A stretch of DNA of 63,153 nucleotides, the filler included, from Octopus bimaculoides (Eukaryota): the NCBI RefSeq assembly GCF_001194135.2. It is 6 parts of 6 records of this genome, joined end to end, with 100 filler letters (N's around TTAATTAATTAA, not from the genome) between each part and the next. Parts side by side here need not be neighbours in the genome. Positions count along the whole stretch, not along the records: positions 1 to 13,585 come from NC_069004.1; 5 more parts are not named here. The stretch is one strand, 5' to 3'. Below the pieces are notes generated by a model. The model did not search any database, was not told where the DNA came from, and saw nothing but the letters and a program-made list of their open reading frames with translations. How positions within the stretch are numbered: position 1 is the stretch's first letter; the number at the start of each line of letters is the position of its first letter. Shown here one piece after another: positions 1 through 12,716 of this stretch. The translations under genes were made by a program, and so were the position numbers.

Positions 1-143
1 CAGCAGCAGCAACAATGTGAACAGCAGCAGCAACAACGTGAACAGCAGCAGCAACAACGTGAACAGCAGCAGCAACAATGTGAACAGCAGCAGCAGCAAT
101 GTGAACAGCAGCAGCAGCAATGTGAACAGCAGCAGCAGCAATG
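1..143. repeat. 21-bp minisatellite (cagcagcagcaacaatgtgaa-like), ~7 copies, truncated by window start
   Basis: The 21-nt period is directly visible; variants differ at caa/cag and tgt/cgt. Confidence 0.9.
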
Positions 144-225
144 TCAAAATATAATAATGGCTCAAAATGAGCAGCTGTCAGAGTTTACCATATACCTTAC
201 TACAAATTTCATACTTGATGACCTA

Positions 226-297
<72 letters not shown>

Positions 298-345
298 ACA
301 TACATACATACATACATACATACATACATACATACATACATACAT
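226..345. repeat. (AC)n followed by (ATAC)n microsatellite
   Basis: Directly visible; accounts for the poly-HT/YIHT ORFs in the track. Confidence 0.95.
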
Positions 346-797
346 AGTGTTTGCAAATCCAGAACCCAAGATACACTTTCAGCTTCATGCCTATTATTAT
401 TATTATTATTATTATTAGAACAACAGGAAACATACCAACCTGACTGGAGCAAATTATGGCTGAACGTGGGATCTTGGGAAGAGAATGCAAATCCTTAATT
501 CATACGATACAAATGATCACCGTATATGGTACTATTAAAATTTGCAAGACTTTCTTAAGATTTAAAAGATTATGATTAAAACAAGATGCTTTCCCTCACA
601 ATCGTGCCACCAAGTAGGTGGCCGGTCAAAAGCAATTCTAAATTAAAACGAGAAAGAGAACATACATACATACATACATACATACATACATACATACATA
701 ATATACACGCATTAAAATCCGAAGAAGCCTTATTTAAATAGATTTATAAACTAACCGAGTGAACAACCAGCGAGGTATGAAGATGTATAAAAATAGT

Positions 798-854
<57 letters not shown>

Positions 855-1215
855 AGTGTGAGTGTATGTACGTGTTTCTCATATTTAAATTGTATATTTT
901 CATGTACTTAAAATAGAGTCTTTTTTAAATCTCAATTTGTTTAATTTTTTTTGTATACCTTGTCCATACACATATGCGCGCACATACACACACGCGTTTA
1001 TATGTGTGTGTATGTATGTATGCATGTATATATATATATGTATATATATAAATACATACATACATACATACATACAAACATACGTATATATTCATGTATA
1101 GATACATAGATATACACAAACACACACAACACAACACAGCATACACATACACATACACATACCTAACGTATTATATTTACCAAGGGATGTATATATGTGT
1201 GTGTATGTGTGTATG

Positions 1216-1291
<76 letters not shown>

Positions 1292-2344
1292 GCGCATATA
1301 TACATATATATATTTATACATCTATCTATATATATATACATATATATGTGTACGCATGTATGCGTATTTGTGTTTGCATGTATGTATGTATGTGTATATA
1401 TGACAGTATGTGCATATGTTTGTGTGTATGTTAGTGTGATATTGCGATGTCTGAGGGAAAGAATTAGTGTTTGTGAGTAGATCTCATCGAAATATACACG
1501 TAACTATTTATATGCATATGGTGATGCTTCTAAGATCGTAGATTGTGTTTCTGTGTGTGGGAGGGTATGGGTATGTATGTTAGTTTCACACGAAACTGCA
1601 TCCAGACTGGAGAGACTTCAGTCTGGGAGTTCTCCCAAGTCCCTTCTGAATCGGATGGTAGTACTTGAAGGGTCCCATTTATGTGTTATATAATTTTCCC
1701 CTGGGATAGAGGAGGCGTCCGTGACTTTGACAAAGCTATGGGGTAGGCAGCTCTTCTAGGAGAAAAATATTCTGACATAAAACTTGCAATCAAAATAATA
1801 TCAGTCATCATATTTGTCGCTGGAACATACTATGGCGGCCGAGAGAGTAGCAAATGTGTTGTACAAGCTTTTATCACTTAAATCCAATAACGTATTGATG
1901 TCACACTATCATTAATGTGAGACGGCTATCATCTGGCAACATAAGACAATCATTATATACTTATGTATACAATTATGTTTCCTATACTTTTTATGTTACC
2001 TTTTGTTTTCACGATGTATTATTCACCTTTATACAATATATCGAACAAGTAGCAAAGGTCATTCACACATGCATACAAACGCACGCATATACATGTGCAA
2101 GCACACGCGAACATACTGCTTAATTCCAGATGTGAAATCTTTAGCAGGTGCAAACACATAGACAGTTTTCTTTTGTCGAACTGGAGGGCAACACCCGCTC
2201 CCGATTGAGTTGCTGTCTCGCACACTTAGACATATTTTCTGTTACCTTGATGGGGATTTTTGTTTTCTTGTTTTTATTTCTGTTTTCTTGTTCAATTTTT
2301 TGCATCAATCTTTTGCATATATGTATATAAAATTATTTGTCTGT

Positions 2345-3716
2345 CTGTCTGTTCGCTATACATTCTCCAACGGCTCGACCAAATCAAATCAAATTTTACT
2401 TGGACAAACCGCATCGGGTCATCTAGATCGTATTTAGATAGGGTATTCTGTAGGCCAACGGATAAAGATAATATGGGTTGTCCACAATTTCACTTAGTCG
2501 GCTGCACAGACCACAAATTTGTGATTTATACGCTTGACTTAGACAGGTTTCATAGACAGGGTCCCGGTTAATGGAAGCTGAACACGTCGTTACCTGCGTG
2601 TCAAGTTTACAGAGACCGGATTAGCGTTTTACTTAAGAGGGTGTTAACGGGCGCAATTGTTAACACAACTGGTGGTTTGCTCTTAAAAGGACAGTTAAAG
2701 TAGAATCAGTTAGGTTTAGCAAGGCATTAGCAATAGAACGAAATAGAATAGAGGGAGATTTAGTTAGAAAGTTAGATGAGGCGCTTGGGACAGGCATCGT
2801 AACCAACGTGTTGGCGGCAAGGTTGGCCCTCGACCAATTTTTCGACACCAAACACGCAAGTTGAGTTGTCAGAGCTAAGGCACTAAACGGGGAGGGAACG
2901 AAAGCGTCACGATGGACACGCATGGCGGAGGCGAAAAGTGGCAATAAGGTCACCATTCGGTCTTTGGTGGACCAGAAAGGACGCGAAGTGTTCGAACCGA
3001 AATAGATGTGTGCGGCTTTTCGGCAGCACTTTGCTCAACTGTTCAGGACGAATGGTAAGACGGGTAACAGGGCAGACTTTGGTGTCTACCTGGACGGCCT
3101 GCCACGACTCTCGACGAGCGAGGCGGAGTGCTGTGAAAGGCCGATAACAGCCGCGGAGATACAGGGAGTGATGAAGAGCTGCACGAGAGGCAGATCCCCG
3201 AGTTTGGATGGTCTGCCCTACGAGCTTTATATTTCAATGCCAGACTTGTTTGCGGGCCTCTTAGCAGACGTCTACCTCAATCGGCAACAAAATGGGACAA
3301 TTCCAACTTTCGTTTGTCGAGGGGCTGTGGCACTGCTGAGAAAGGACCCATACAAGGGGGATGTTATAGAAAATTTCAGGCCCATCACTCTGCTCAATGC
3401 AGAGTTGAAGATTTTGGCCAAGGTGTTAGCCAAGAGGTTGGCACTTGTCGTGGACAAGCTGGCTGGCGAGGCGCAAACATGTGCCATCCCAACCAGGACT
3501 ATTCGCGACAACCTCCACCTTATACGCTACATCATAGAGAGGGTGGATAGCGAATCTGGCATGGGTGGGGCTCTGATCAATTTAGATCAATCTAAAGCTT
3601 TTGATAGGGTCGACCAGCAATATTTGGCAGCTGTCATCAGGGTAGCCGGATTCGGTCCGGTTTTCCGCGGTTGGATCGGTGCTTTGTACGGCGGCATCTA
3701 GTTGATTGTTCGGGTG
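2345..3716 (+). mobile_element. Degraded Tx1/L1-clade LINE ORF2 fragment (APE endonuclease C-terminus plus RT N-terminal half)
   Basis: Translations give SRSYLDRVF...TDHKFV (APE C-terminal motifs), GPG*WKLNTSL, and NFRPITLLNAELKILAKVLAKRL...ALINLDQSKAFDRV (ORF 3006-3701). Stops are present, and the fragment ends at a SINE fragment at ~3717. Confidence 0.9.
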
Positions 3717-3800
3717 AAGAACACAAAGTACTATCCGGTCTAGGAATTGAAACCACGATCTCACGATCGTGAGGGAAACAACCTAACCATTCGGCCAAGC
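3717..3800 (-). mobile_element. tRNA-derived SINE head fragment
   Basis: Reverse complement shows A-box/B-box-like sequence; resembles copies at 7237-7415, 36472-36710 and 38140-38450. Confidence 0.6.
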
Positions 3801-4990
3801 GTCTTGTTAGTAGTAGCAACCTAACTAAACATAATAGCTCGAGTAGGGAGAACAATATGAAAACAATTAACCCTGGTAATAAATAATTGCATTGATAATA
3901 ATACAGAAGCGTTCAGGCCAAAATGTATCAATATTATAATAGCAATTAAGCCTAAATAGTGGAAATACGAAATATCTAACTAATGAATCTAAGGCAAATA
4001 CTACTCACCTTACTTGATTGGATTATTTAAGAAATTGGTTTTTCAATGTATCAGTAACAAACTTCTCGAACGTTAGATTAGAAATGACCACAGATTAACA
4101 TCAGTCGTACAGAAGGATAAATGACAGAAAGATCACAACGACGTGATAGCAGGAATTACTGTTTTAGTTAGAAACTAATCTACGGAGAGAGCACCTCATA
4201 CAACGACAGAACTAGGAAGAAGGGATATGATTTGTTCCAATCTATTGTCCGGCATTAATATAGTCATCAAGATAACCATAAACATTTAGTGAGTAGTAGG
4301 TTCTAATTCTTAACCACAAATAATTATCAGAAAATTTTTAAACACCAATAACGTTAAAGTTGGTTACTCTTGTCTGGATAACATGCTTTCCCAGATTTCA
4401 CCCCCTAATTTAAGTAGCCATAACACTTGCTGACGGTTCCGAATTGAATGATATGGAAATTACTGCAAACCTCTTTAAAATTGGTGTGACCAAAATATGG
4501 ACTCATTCAAATGGGAGAACAGATTATTCCATTTCTCTGTTTAGATACGTTTGGAAACAAGGGACTGTTGAACAAAACCTTTTCAAATAATCGGAAATAT
4601 TGTAGACGGTACTACTTCTTACAATAACAGATATCTAAGTTACAGATTATAATTCGCTGGGAAGTTTCAGATCCTGAAAAAGATATTGATTTCGCTGAAA
4701 AGAACAACAACTTCTCTATCTTCTGTCACTGAAAATCGTTTATTCTGGAAACGCTAATCCACCGGGTGAACGCGCTGAATATGAACAACCGTTAAAATCT
4801 GCATGCCAAAACTGGAACAACATAGTCACCTCATCTTATCCGCACATGAAACTAGTGTGCTCTTCCCTACACTACTGGGAACATGATGCACATGTATGTA
4901 TTTCAAACTCCCACAATCTGCATCCAGTGAATGTGAACTGACTTAGCTTGTACAAGCTTAACCACTCATCTCACGATATACATATATCGG

Positions 4991-5565
4991 TGTGGCCCCC
5001 ACCTGGCGGACTGCTTTGTCCTTACATCAAGGGATGAGAGGAACGCAAAAATCCTGTACTTCCGGTGCGTCATGTGCCAGCCCAAGGAGACCACCATCAA
5101 GGGACAAGCGGTGAGCCTCTACAACTTGAAGTCGCATGTCAAGAAGAAACACCCAGCGCATGCCATCCAGTTTGAGGAGAGGATGAAGGCCGGCTCTTCC
5201 CGTGGAAAACATAGGTAATCTTCTGGTAGCAGTCTATGGTGGACAGAAAGATTGTAGACCAACAGGTCAACAACATGCTACCGCTGCATGTAGTGGAGTC
5301 CCCCAGCTTGGGAGGCGTGATCAAGACGCTGAACCCCAGCAAGACGTCGATGTCTCGTTGCACTCTGAGCCATAAACAGCTGGAGGAGTATCTTACAAGG
5401 TATTTATAAAGTAAAATTATGCAAGTTTATTAAATTATTATGGCGTACTTCATATTTTTTAATTTGATTTAATTATTTAATTATTCATTAACTAATTATT
5501 TTCTTAATCAATGTAATGAAATGTATAATAGCTAATTGAAATAATTGTCATAATATATAATATAC

Positions 5566-5613
<48 letters not shown>

Positions 5614-6149
5614 AACACACACACACACACACACATTCCACTCATGGTTAAGTCTACACAGCCAAAACAGCAGACTTTAATGAAATAACGAATAAAGGAA
5701 CCTTAAGTTCTGAATTTATCAAATTCTGACCATCATTCCATCCCTCATCTCGGTTATTCAGCCCCCCACCCCCACCCAACGCATCACCTATCAAGGTAGT
5801 GTCACTATTTTCAAAAGTTTGATAACAAAGTTTTAAATTATAAGCAATATTCCCATGAATTTAGAACAGCCTATAGACCGAATACGTGGGTTTCTGTAAA
5901 AAATTTTAAAAAACGAATGCGGGGTGTGGTGACGGTCGGCCATGTTCGCCCTGTTTTTAAGGGTTTTAGAGCCAAAAAACCAAACCGAAACTAAATTTAT
6001 ATGATAAAAGTTAGCGATTATCTTTTAGCGTTAGCGTCCGCTAATTTTTTCACCTGTTTAGCGGCTTAGAGTTTGCGAAGCTAACTTTTTTAATCAGCGG
6101 ATTAGCGGTTAGCGAAGCTAAATATTGGTTAGCTGTGCCCATCGCTCTG
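4991..6149 (+). mobile_element. hAT DNA transposon remnant: BED zinc finger, N-terminal transposase segment, and right terminus with subterminal repeats
   Basis: 5000-5218 (absent from the ORF track) reads HLADCFVL...YFRCVMCQPKETTIKGQAVSLYNLKSHVKKKH, a BED-type Cx2C...Hx4H. 5236-5409 reads VDQQVNNMLPLHVVESPSLGGVIKTLNPSKTSMSRCTL, the hAT MLPLxxVExPxFxxL..P..SRxTL-type motif. 6005-6149 has at least 6 TTAGCG repeats ending in gtgcccatcgctctg, a hAT-like TIR. Confidence 0.8.
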
Positions 6150-6282
6150 TATATGAATGCATGTATGCATGTATGCATGTTTATGTATGTATGCAGATGT
6201 ATGTGTGTGTATATATATATATACATGCATATACATTACATATACATATATACATGCATTCATATATATGTGTGTGTGTGTG

Positions 6283-6313
<31 letters not shown>

Positions 6314-6490
6314 ATTTATGTGTGTATGTAAGTACGTATATGTGCGTGTGTATATATATATATATATAAATGCATGTATTTATATGTAAATATATATATG
6401 CTTGTATATCAATAATAATAAATAATGAAAGGGTAAAATTAATTAATTAATCAATCAATTAATTAATTAATAATTGATAATTTTACCAAG

Positions 6491-6550
<60 letters not shown>

Positions 6551-7236
6551 CATACACATACGTACATATATATATATGTATATACATAGATACATACATA
6601 CATGCATAAATACACACATAAATACATACATACATTTATATATATATATACATTTATATATATTATATATATATATATANNNNNNNNNNNNNNNNNNNNN
6701 NNNNNNNNNNNNNNNNNNNNNNNNNNNNNNNNNNNNNNNNNNNNNNNNNNNNNNNNNNNNNNNNNNNNNNNNNNNNNNNNNNNNNNNNNNNNNNNNNNNN
6801 NNNNNNNNNNNNNNNNNNNNNNNNNNNNNNNNNNNNNNNNNNNNNNNNNNNNNNNNNNNNNNNNNNNNNNNNNNNNNNNNNNNNNNNNNNNNNNNNNNNN
6901 NNNNNNNNNNNNNNNNNNNNNNNNNNNNNNNNNNNNNNNNNNNNNNNNNNNNNNNNNNNNNNNNNNNNNNNNNNNNNNNNNNNNNNNNNNNNNNNNNNNN
7001 NNNNNNNNNNNNNNNNNNNNNNNNNNNNNNNNNNNNNNNNNNNNNNNNNNNNNNNNNNNNNNNNNNNNNNNNNNNNNNNNNNNNNNNNNNNNNNNNNNNN
7101 NNNNNNNNNNNNNNNNNNNNNNNNNNNNNNNNNNNNNNNNNNNNNNNNNNNNNNNNNNNNNNNNNNNNNNNNNNNNNNNNNNNNNNNNNNNNNNNNNNNN
7201 NNNNNNNNNNNNNNNNNNNNNNNNNNNNNNNNNNNC

Positions 7237-7415
7237 CCAACGTTGCCCGTACAGATGCACCGTATGCCACATGTCAGATGCCGAATGTAATTGTAGAGCA
7301 ACGTTGGGTGAAATGCTTTGCTCAAGAACACAACCAACCGCCCGGTCCGGGATTCGATCCATCGCTCACGCAATCGTGACGGCAACACATTAACCACAAG
7401 GCCATGCGCCCTAAT
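7237..7415 (-). mobile_element. tRNA-derived SINE (5' part)
   Basis: Minus strand has a ggcgcatggccttgtggttaatg...gatcgaatcccggaccgg tRNA-like head. Confidence 0.7.
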
Positions 7416-7419
7416 ATCG

Positions 7420-7585
7420 GTTTCAAATTTTAGCACAATGCCAGTACGTTCTTGGAAAGGTGTTAGTCGATTAAATCATTTATTTATCTTATCGACGCGA
7501 AATGGTTGAACTCTGAACGTAAGTTCGGACGAACTGCCACAAAGCATTTTAACCGGCGCGGTAACGATTCTCTCAGCTCGCAGTC
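7420..7585 (-). mobile_element. tRNA-derived SINE, second family (gagctg..agaatcgtta head), degraded
   Basis: Similar by eye to the better copy at 55237-55420. Confidence 0.6.
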
Positions 7586-8686
7586 TTAATTCGACCTTAT
7601 ATTAATACATATATACAGCATGCATGTATGTATACATTATTGTATGTATATGTGAACATCTGTAAATGTGTGTTTGTTTGTTTGTGTTCATTTACAGACA
7701 CATTCATGCAACCACTCAGAAAGGCGCACAAATTCACAGATTTATAAACATCAATGGACACTGACATCCTTCATCAAAATTCACTTTATATACACCAGTT
7801 CTGAGACGCACATGCTGACATCGATGTACACTCACACAAAATATTTATAGACACATACATACACACATAAAAATTATGCACACCCCCAACCTCCCATACA
7901 CATATACGATCGTGTATGTGTTTGTGTGAATGTCTGTGTGTATGTGTATATATTTGTGTGTATGTATATACCTATATGTCTGTGCGTATATGTGTGTGTA
8001 CATGTGTGTATACATATATCTCTATGTATATATGTGTGTAGGTGCATGTGTTTGTATATATGCGTGTGTGTGCGTGAATATGTACGTGTATCTGTGTGTG
8101 TATGTTCATATGATTGTGCGTGTTAATATGCCTGTGTATGTACATATATGTGTGTGTAATTGTGTGTATGCGTGTAAGTCCGTGTGTTCAAGTGTGTGAG
8201 TGTGTGTGTAAGTGTGTGTGTATGTGCGTGTCTGTATGTGTGTGTGTGTGTGTATGTATTTGTGTGTATGTGTTTTTACTGGCTCGTAGATGTATGCGTA
8301 TACATGTGTGTATATAATGAAATCATATGAAAAGAAGCGGGTTGATGATTCTTTTGATGTTGGCGCCCGATGCAGAGGCGATGGACCGACCTTCAATTAT
8401 TCGCTAAACAGACTGTAGCACACTTCAGCTTTGGAAACGAAGTCTTTGGTTTCGTTCTTGACAGCAGGTACCAGACGTATGAACGATCAAAGACATCTCC
8501 CTCCAGCCAAATACCAACACCATTCAGCGTGCGTACAAGTTGTTTGTCTCTTAATTTCTTTCTTTCTTTTCTTCTTTCCTTCTTTTTTCCCTCTTTCTAT
8601 CTTTCTTTCTTTCGATCTTTCTCTTTCCCTACATTCATACACTCAGACACACCCATCTGTATGTAGTACATATATGCGTGTATGCG

Positions 8687-8733
<47 letters not shown>

Positions 8734-8789
8734 CATATATAGATATATAAAATACACATACAGACAATACAAATATATGTACAAGTATA

Positions 8790-8838
<49 letters not shown>

Positions 8839-8999
8839 GTGTGTGTGTGTGTGTGTAAATATTTACACATAAACATAGATACACACACGCTTATACACGC
8901 ACATATATATGTATTTATATATATATATAGGTACATACATACATGCATACATACATACATACTTGCATACATACATAATACTTAGAGAGAGAGAGAAAC

Positions 9000-9052
<53 letters not shown>

Positions 9053-9444
9053 TGTTTTAATATTTCATCTGAAATTTTTTACAACATTCGTTGAGAATAA
9101 AAATTATAGATGCGTGTAGTACGTGTAATAATAATTATAAATTTTGGCTAAAGGCAGCGCATAATCTATCGAAAATGATTCAATCGACTCCAGTACTTGA
9201 CTGGTACTTATTTAATTGACTCCTCACCGTCCTGAAAAGAATTGTAAAATTGGCCCCAACAGATTTATTATAAAGACAAAAAGTTTTGTGGTACACGCAT
9301 GAACTTCCACCATTGTTAGATAATGACAAAGTAAAAAATATTGAGAAAGTTTAGCATTCAGCGAGGAAACCTCCCGATAGTACATGATAAGCCTGACATC
9401 ATTTCTCTTGACGGAAATATCGATTATGTAAAAAAAAAAAAAAG

Positions 9445-9640
9445 TCTGCTAACAGGGAAAGGTATGGTCGTGTGGGAAAGAAATTCGCTTTGCAACTACA
9501 TGGTTTCGGTTTCAGTCCCACTAAGCAGCACTTCGGCGGCAAGTGTGCTCTAATAGTGCCTCGGGCCGATCAATGCTTTGCAAGCGAATTTGATTGACAG
9601 AAACTGTGTTGAAGATCGTCACATACACACAAGATCGTCA
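9445..9640 (+). mobile_element. Major SINE family, 5' half, ending in triplicated aagatcgtcacacacac
   Basis: Similar to the copies at 11488-11872 and 22560-22968. Confidence 0.65.
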
Positions 9641-9933
9641 CACACACACAAGATCGTCACACACACACACACACACACACAGAGCTAAATTGCAGTCTTC
9701 GTTCGCATCTCAACTTAATTCGATGGTCCGACGTCAGAATATTTTCTCTTCTTCAAGCGAACCTCTAGAATTCGCCTTCTTCGTCTCGAACCTGTACCTA
9801 ACAGGATATGCATTCTTCTTTCAAGGAAATACACGGTGTTCTTTCTCATAATTTCCTTTTGAAATATTTTTCTCCCACAATTTCGACTGTCAACGTTTTA
9901 TGTCAGAAAATACACCTTGGAGTTTTGTCCTAC

Positions 9934-10227
9934 CTGGCGCCCGTCTTCATCTTCTTCGTTGGTTTTTTCCGCGAATTTGCTGCTCTGGGCATGTGCAGTG
10001 GGTGTGTGCGCCAAATGCTGAGAGTTCATTATTCGTCTGGCTTGAACTTTCCATGTGGCCGGACTTCGACAGCTTTGCACACCAACAGCGCTATCATCAA
10101 CACCACTAATGTCGTCACCCCCTCCCCTACAGCCTTCGTACCAGACCAACAACGCTAACGTCACCACTGCCACGGCTTCAACGCTAATTTTGAATCGTAC
10201 TTGCAAGATCTTCTGTACAGCAACCAT
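9934..10227 (-). CDS. Candidate first coding exon (98 codons) of an unidentified secreted or membrane protein with a signal peptide
   Basis: ATG at 10227 in an acaaaaATGG context with an upstream in-frame stop. Translation: MVAVQKILQVRFKISVEAVAVVTLALLVWYEGCRG-GGDD...EEDEDGRQ, with basic n-region, hydrophobic h-region and C-x-G cleavage pattern. Phase-0 donor CAG|GTAGGA at 9934/9933. Non-repetitive and GC/CpG-rich relative to flanks. No homolog recognised. Confidence 0.5.
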
Positions 10228-11289
10228 TTTTGTAGCTTCATACCGCAAATTTCAGTCGGTATGAGCACCGCACAGATGGACAGCACTTCAAACAGCTTCT
10301 TATCCAGAATTACGACGTTTTCTTTTTTTTTTTTTTTTTTTTTTTTTTTTNNNNNNNNNNNNNNNNNNNNNNNNNNNNNNNNNNNNNNNNNNNNNNNNNN
10401 NNNNNNNNNNNNNNNNNNNNNNNNNNNNNNNNNNNNNNNNNNNNNNNNNNNNNNNNNNNNNNNNNNNNNNNNNNNNNNNNNNNNNNNNNNNNNNNNNNNN
10501 NNNNNNNNNNNNNNNNNNNNNNNNNNNNNNNNNNNNNNNNNNNNNNNNNNNNNNNNNNNNNNNNNNNNNNNNNNNNNNNNNNNNNNNNNNNNNNNNNNNN
10601 NNNNNNNNNNNNNNNNNNNNNNNNNNNNNNNNNNNNNNNNNNNNNNNNNNNNNNNNNNNNNNNNNNNNNNNNNNNNNNNNNNNNNNNNNNNNNNNNNNNN
10701 NNNNNNNNNNNNNNNNNNNNNNNNNNNNNNNNNNNNNNNNNNNNNNNNNNNNNNNNNNNNNNNNNNNNNNNNNNNNNNNNNNNNNNNNNNNNNATGCGAC
10801 AGGCTTCTTTCAGTTTTTATTTCTCAAAGCCACACAAGGCTTTTGGCCGGCCTGCAGTGGGATTGAACTCGTATCCATGTGGTTAGGAAGCTATTTATTT
10901 GTCACACAAACACGAATTGTAAATGGACCAATTACAAACGAGATTGCTTGCCAGAGTGTTTGCTTTTCTTTCAACAACTACGTTTGCGTCATCAATTTTC
11001 AGTTACACTCTGCGCAACAGAACACTTTTTGCTATTGCTAAATAAATTATTATATTTTATTTGCTCACAGTAACTGGACCGCAGCCATGCTTGAACATCG
11101 CCCTGAAGGGTTTCATTCGGAACAATCCGACCCCAGTAGAGAACTTATTTCATGAAGTCTAATAGCCAGTCTATCGGTTAGTTTTGCTGATCTGTTAATT
11201 CATGGGAGGGTAAACACACCATCATCGACTGCCAAGCGGAGGCGGTGGAGCAGCAAGACAAAAACATACACACATGTACAAACATTTAT

Positions 11290-11460
11290 AGTCCTGGTTT
11301 CAAATTTTGGAACAACGCCAGCAATTTCAACTCGTACTTTATCGACCCTGACGAAAGGTAAAGTCGACCTCGGCGGAATTTGAACTCAGAACATACAGAC
11401 GGACGAAATGCTGCCAAGCATTTAGCTTGACGTACTAATGATACTGCAACCTTGCCGCTG
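11290..11460 (-). mobile_element. tRNA-derived SINE, second family
   Basis: Reverse complement has ggcggcaaggttgcag...ttctgagttcaaattccgccgaggtcgacttt, matching 55237-55420. Confidence 0.75.
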
Positions 11461-11487
11461 AAATTTTCGTACATAACAGCAGTACAA

Positions 11488-11872
11488 TAGGTGCAGGCGT
11501 GGCTGTGTGGTAAGAAGCTTACTTACCAACCACATGGCACCGGGTTCACTCCCACTGCGTAGCAACTTTATGCAAGTGTTTTCTGCTACAGTCTCGGGCT
11601 GACCAAAGCCTTGTAAGTGGATTTGGTAGACGGAAACTAAAAGAAACTCATCGCATATGTGTGTTGGGGGTGTTCCCCACCACCGCTCGATAACTGGTGT
11701 TGGTGTGTTTACATCATCTTAATCTAGCAGTTCGACAAAAAAACCCGATAGAATAAGTACCAGGCTTTAAAAAAAGTCTTGAGATCGATTTATTCGACTA
11801 AAACTTCTTCAGTGCGGTGCTCCAGTACGGCCACAGTCTAATGACTGATACGAGTAACAGATAAAAGATAAA
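11488..11872 (+). mobile_element. Major tRNA-derived SINE, near full length
   Basis: Head gcaggcgtggctgtgtggtaagaagctt...gggttcactcccactgcgt; conserved tail gcggtgctccagtacggccacagtctaatgactg. Confidence 0.85.
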
Positions 11873-12593
11873 AGGCACAATGATGTAAGATAACGATAGT
11901 CCCGCGTTCATGGATACAGGTCTGAAGTGAAACAGAATTGTGTTTGCCATAAGAAGTGTTTAGTATAAGAAAATTGTTATTTTCACATTTCAGAAGTTAT
12001 TATAATCAACTCCGTTATGAATCCGTATGTGCCGCCTTGCGGGTTTCTATCACTTGTTCCTTACATTTATCATGTTTTCTCTTACATTTGCTTTGTATAC
12101 CATAATCTGTAATACTACGAAGTATGATAGTAACCAAATCACTATATACGACGGGACTTTGATAAATTTATTCAATTTGGAAGATATTTTAATCTTACGA
12201 ATCCAGTGACAACGATTAAATGGATTTGTTTCTATTAAGTCTGTGCGATATAACAACCAGTCACTACAAAGAATTAGAGTAATTTGAAATTACAAAAGAG
12301 AAGGCCGAAGCAAACATTGTGTACAACTCAAAAACAAAAATGCTGTCTAATTGAAGCAAAAATGTAATCAATAAGTGAATAAAACCATATTCGTTTTTTG
12401 AATAATGGTTCTCGAAATACATCACATACAGCTATAATGAATAGGATGTAAATTTTAAAAAGAAAACGTCCCACTGGCAGCCTTCGACTTCTTTTTTTTT
12501 TTCTTTTTTTCATCTAAAAGGGTTTTTCAACGTGTTATTCTTTACAATTGCATGTGATGTGCTTCGACAACCATTATTTCAAACAATTATTTC

Positions 12594-12716
12594 ACGTGTT
12601 AAACTAAATATAGAGACGTTTAACGTGTTGCATTAAATATAGAGACGTTTAGCATCTTACATTAAATGCTGATGCGTTTAACGTGTTACATAAAACACAG
12701 AGGCGTTTAACGTGTC
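12594..12716. repeat. 29-bp minisatellite, ~4.2 copies (acgtgttaaactaaatatagagacgttta)
   Basis: Units start at 12594, 12623, 12652, 12681 and 12710. Confidence 0.85.

Noticed and set aside
157-1480. ORFs rich in YI/CV/HT (and similar ORFs throughout, including X-filled ORFs across gaps)
   Set aside because: Translations of microsatellites or N runs.
9980-10075. CRSPATWKVQ resembling the neuregulin N-terminal CYSPSLKSVQ
   Set aside because: Similarity is limited to CxSPx4VQ and does not continue, so no gene symbol was assigned.
10260-10290. REST/NRSE-like half sites (gagcacc...ggacagcac)
   Set aside because: Non-canonical 8-nt spacer, and no evidence this factor applies in this lineage.
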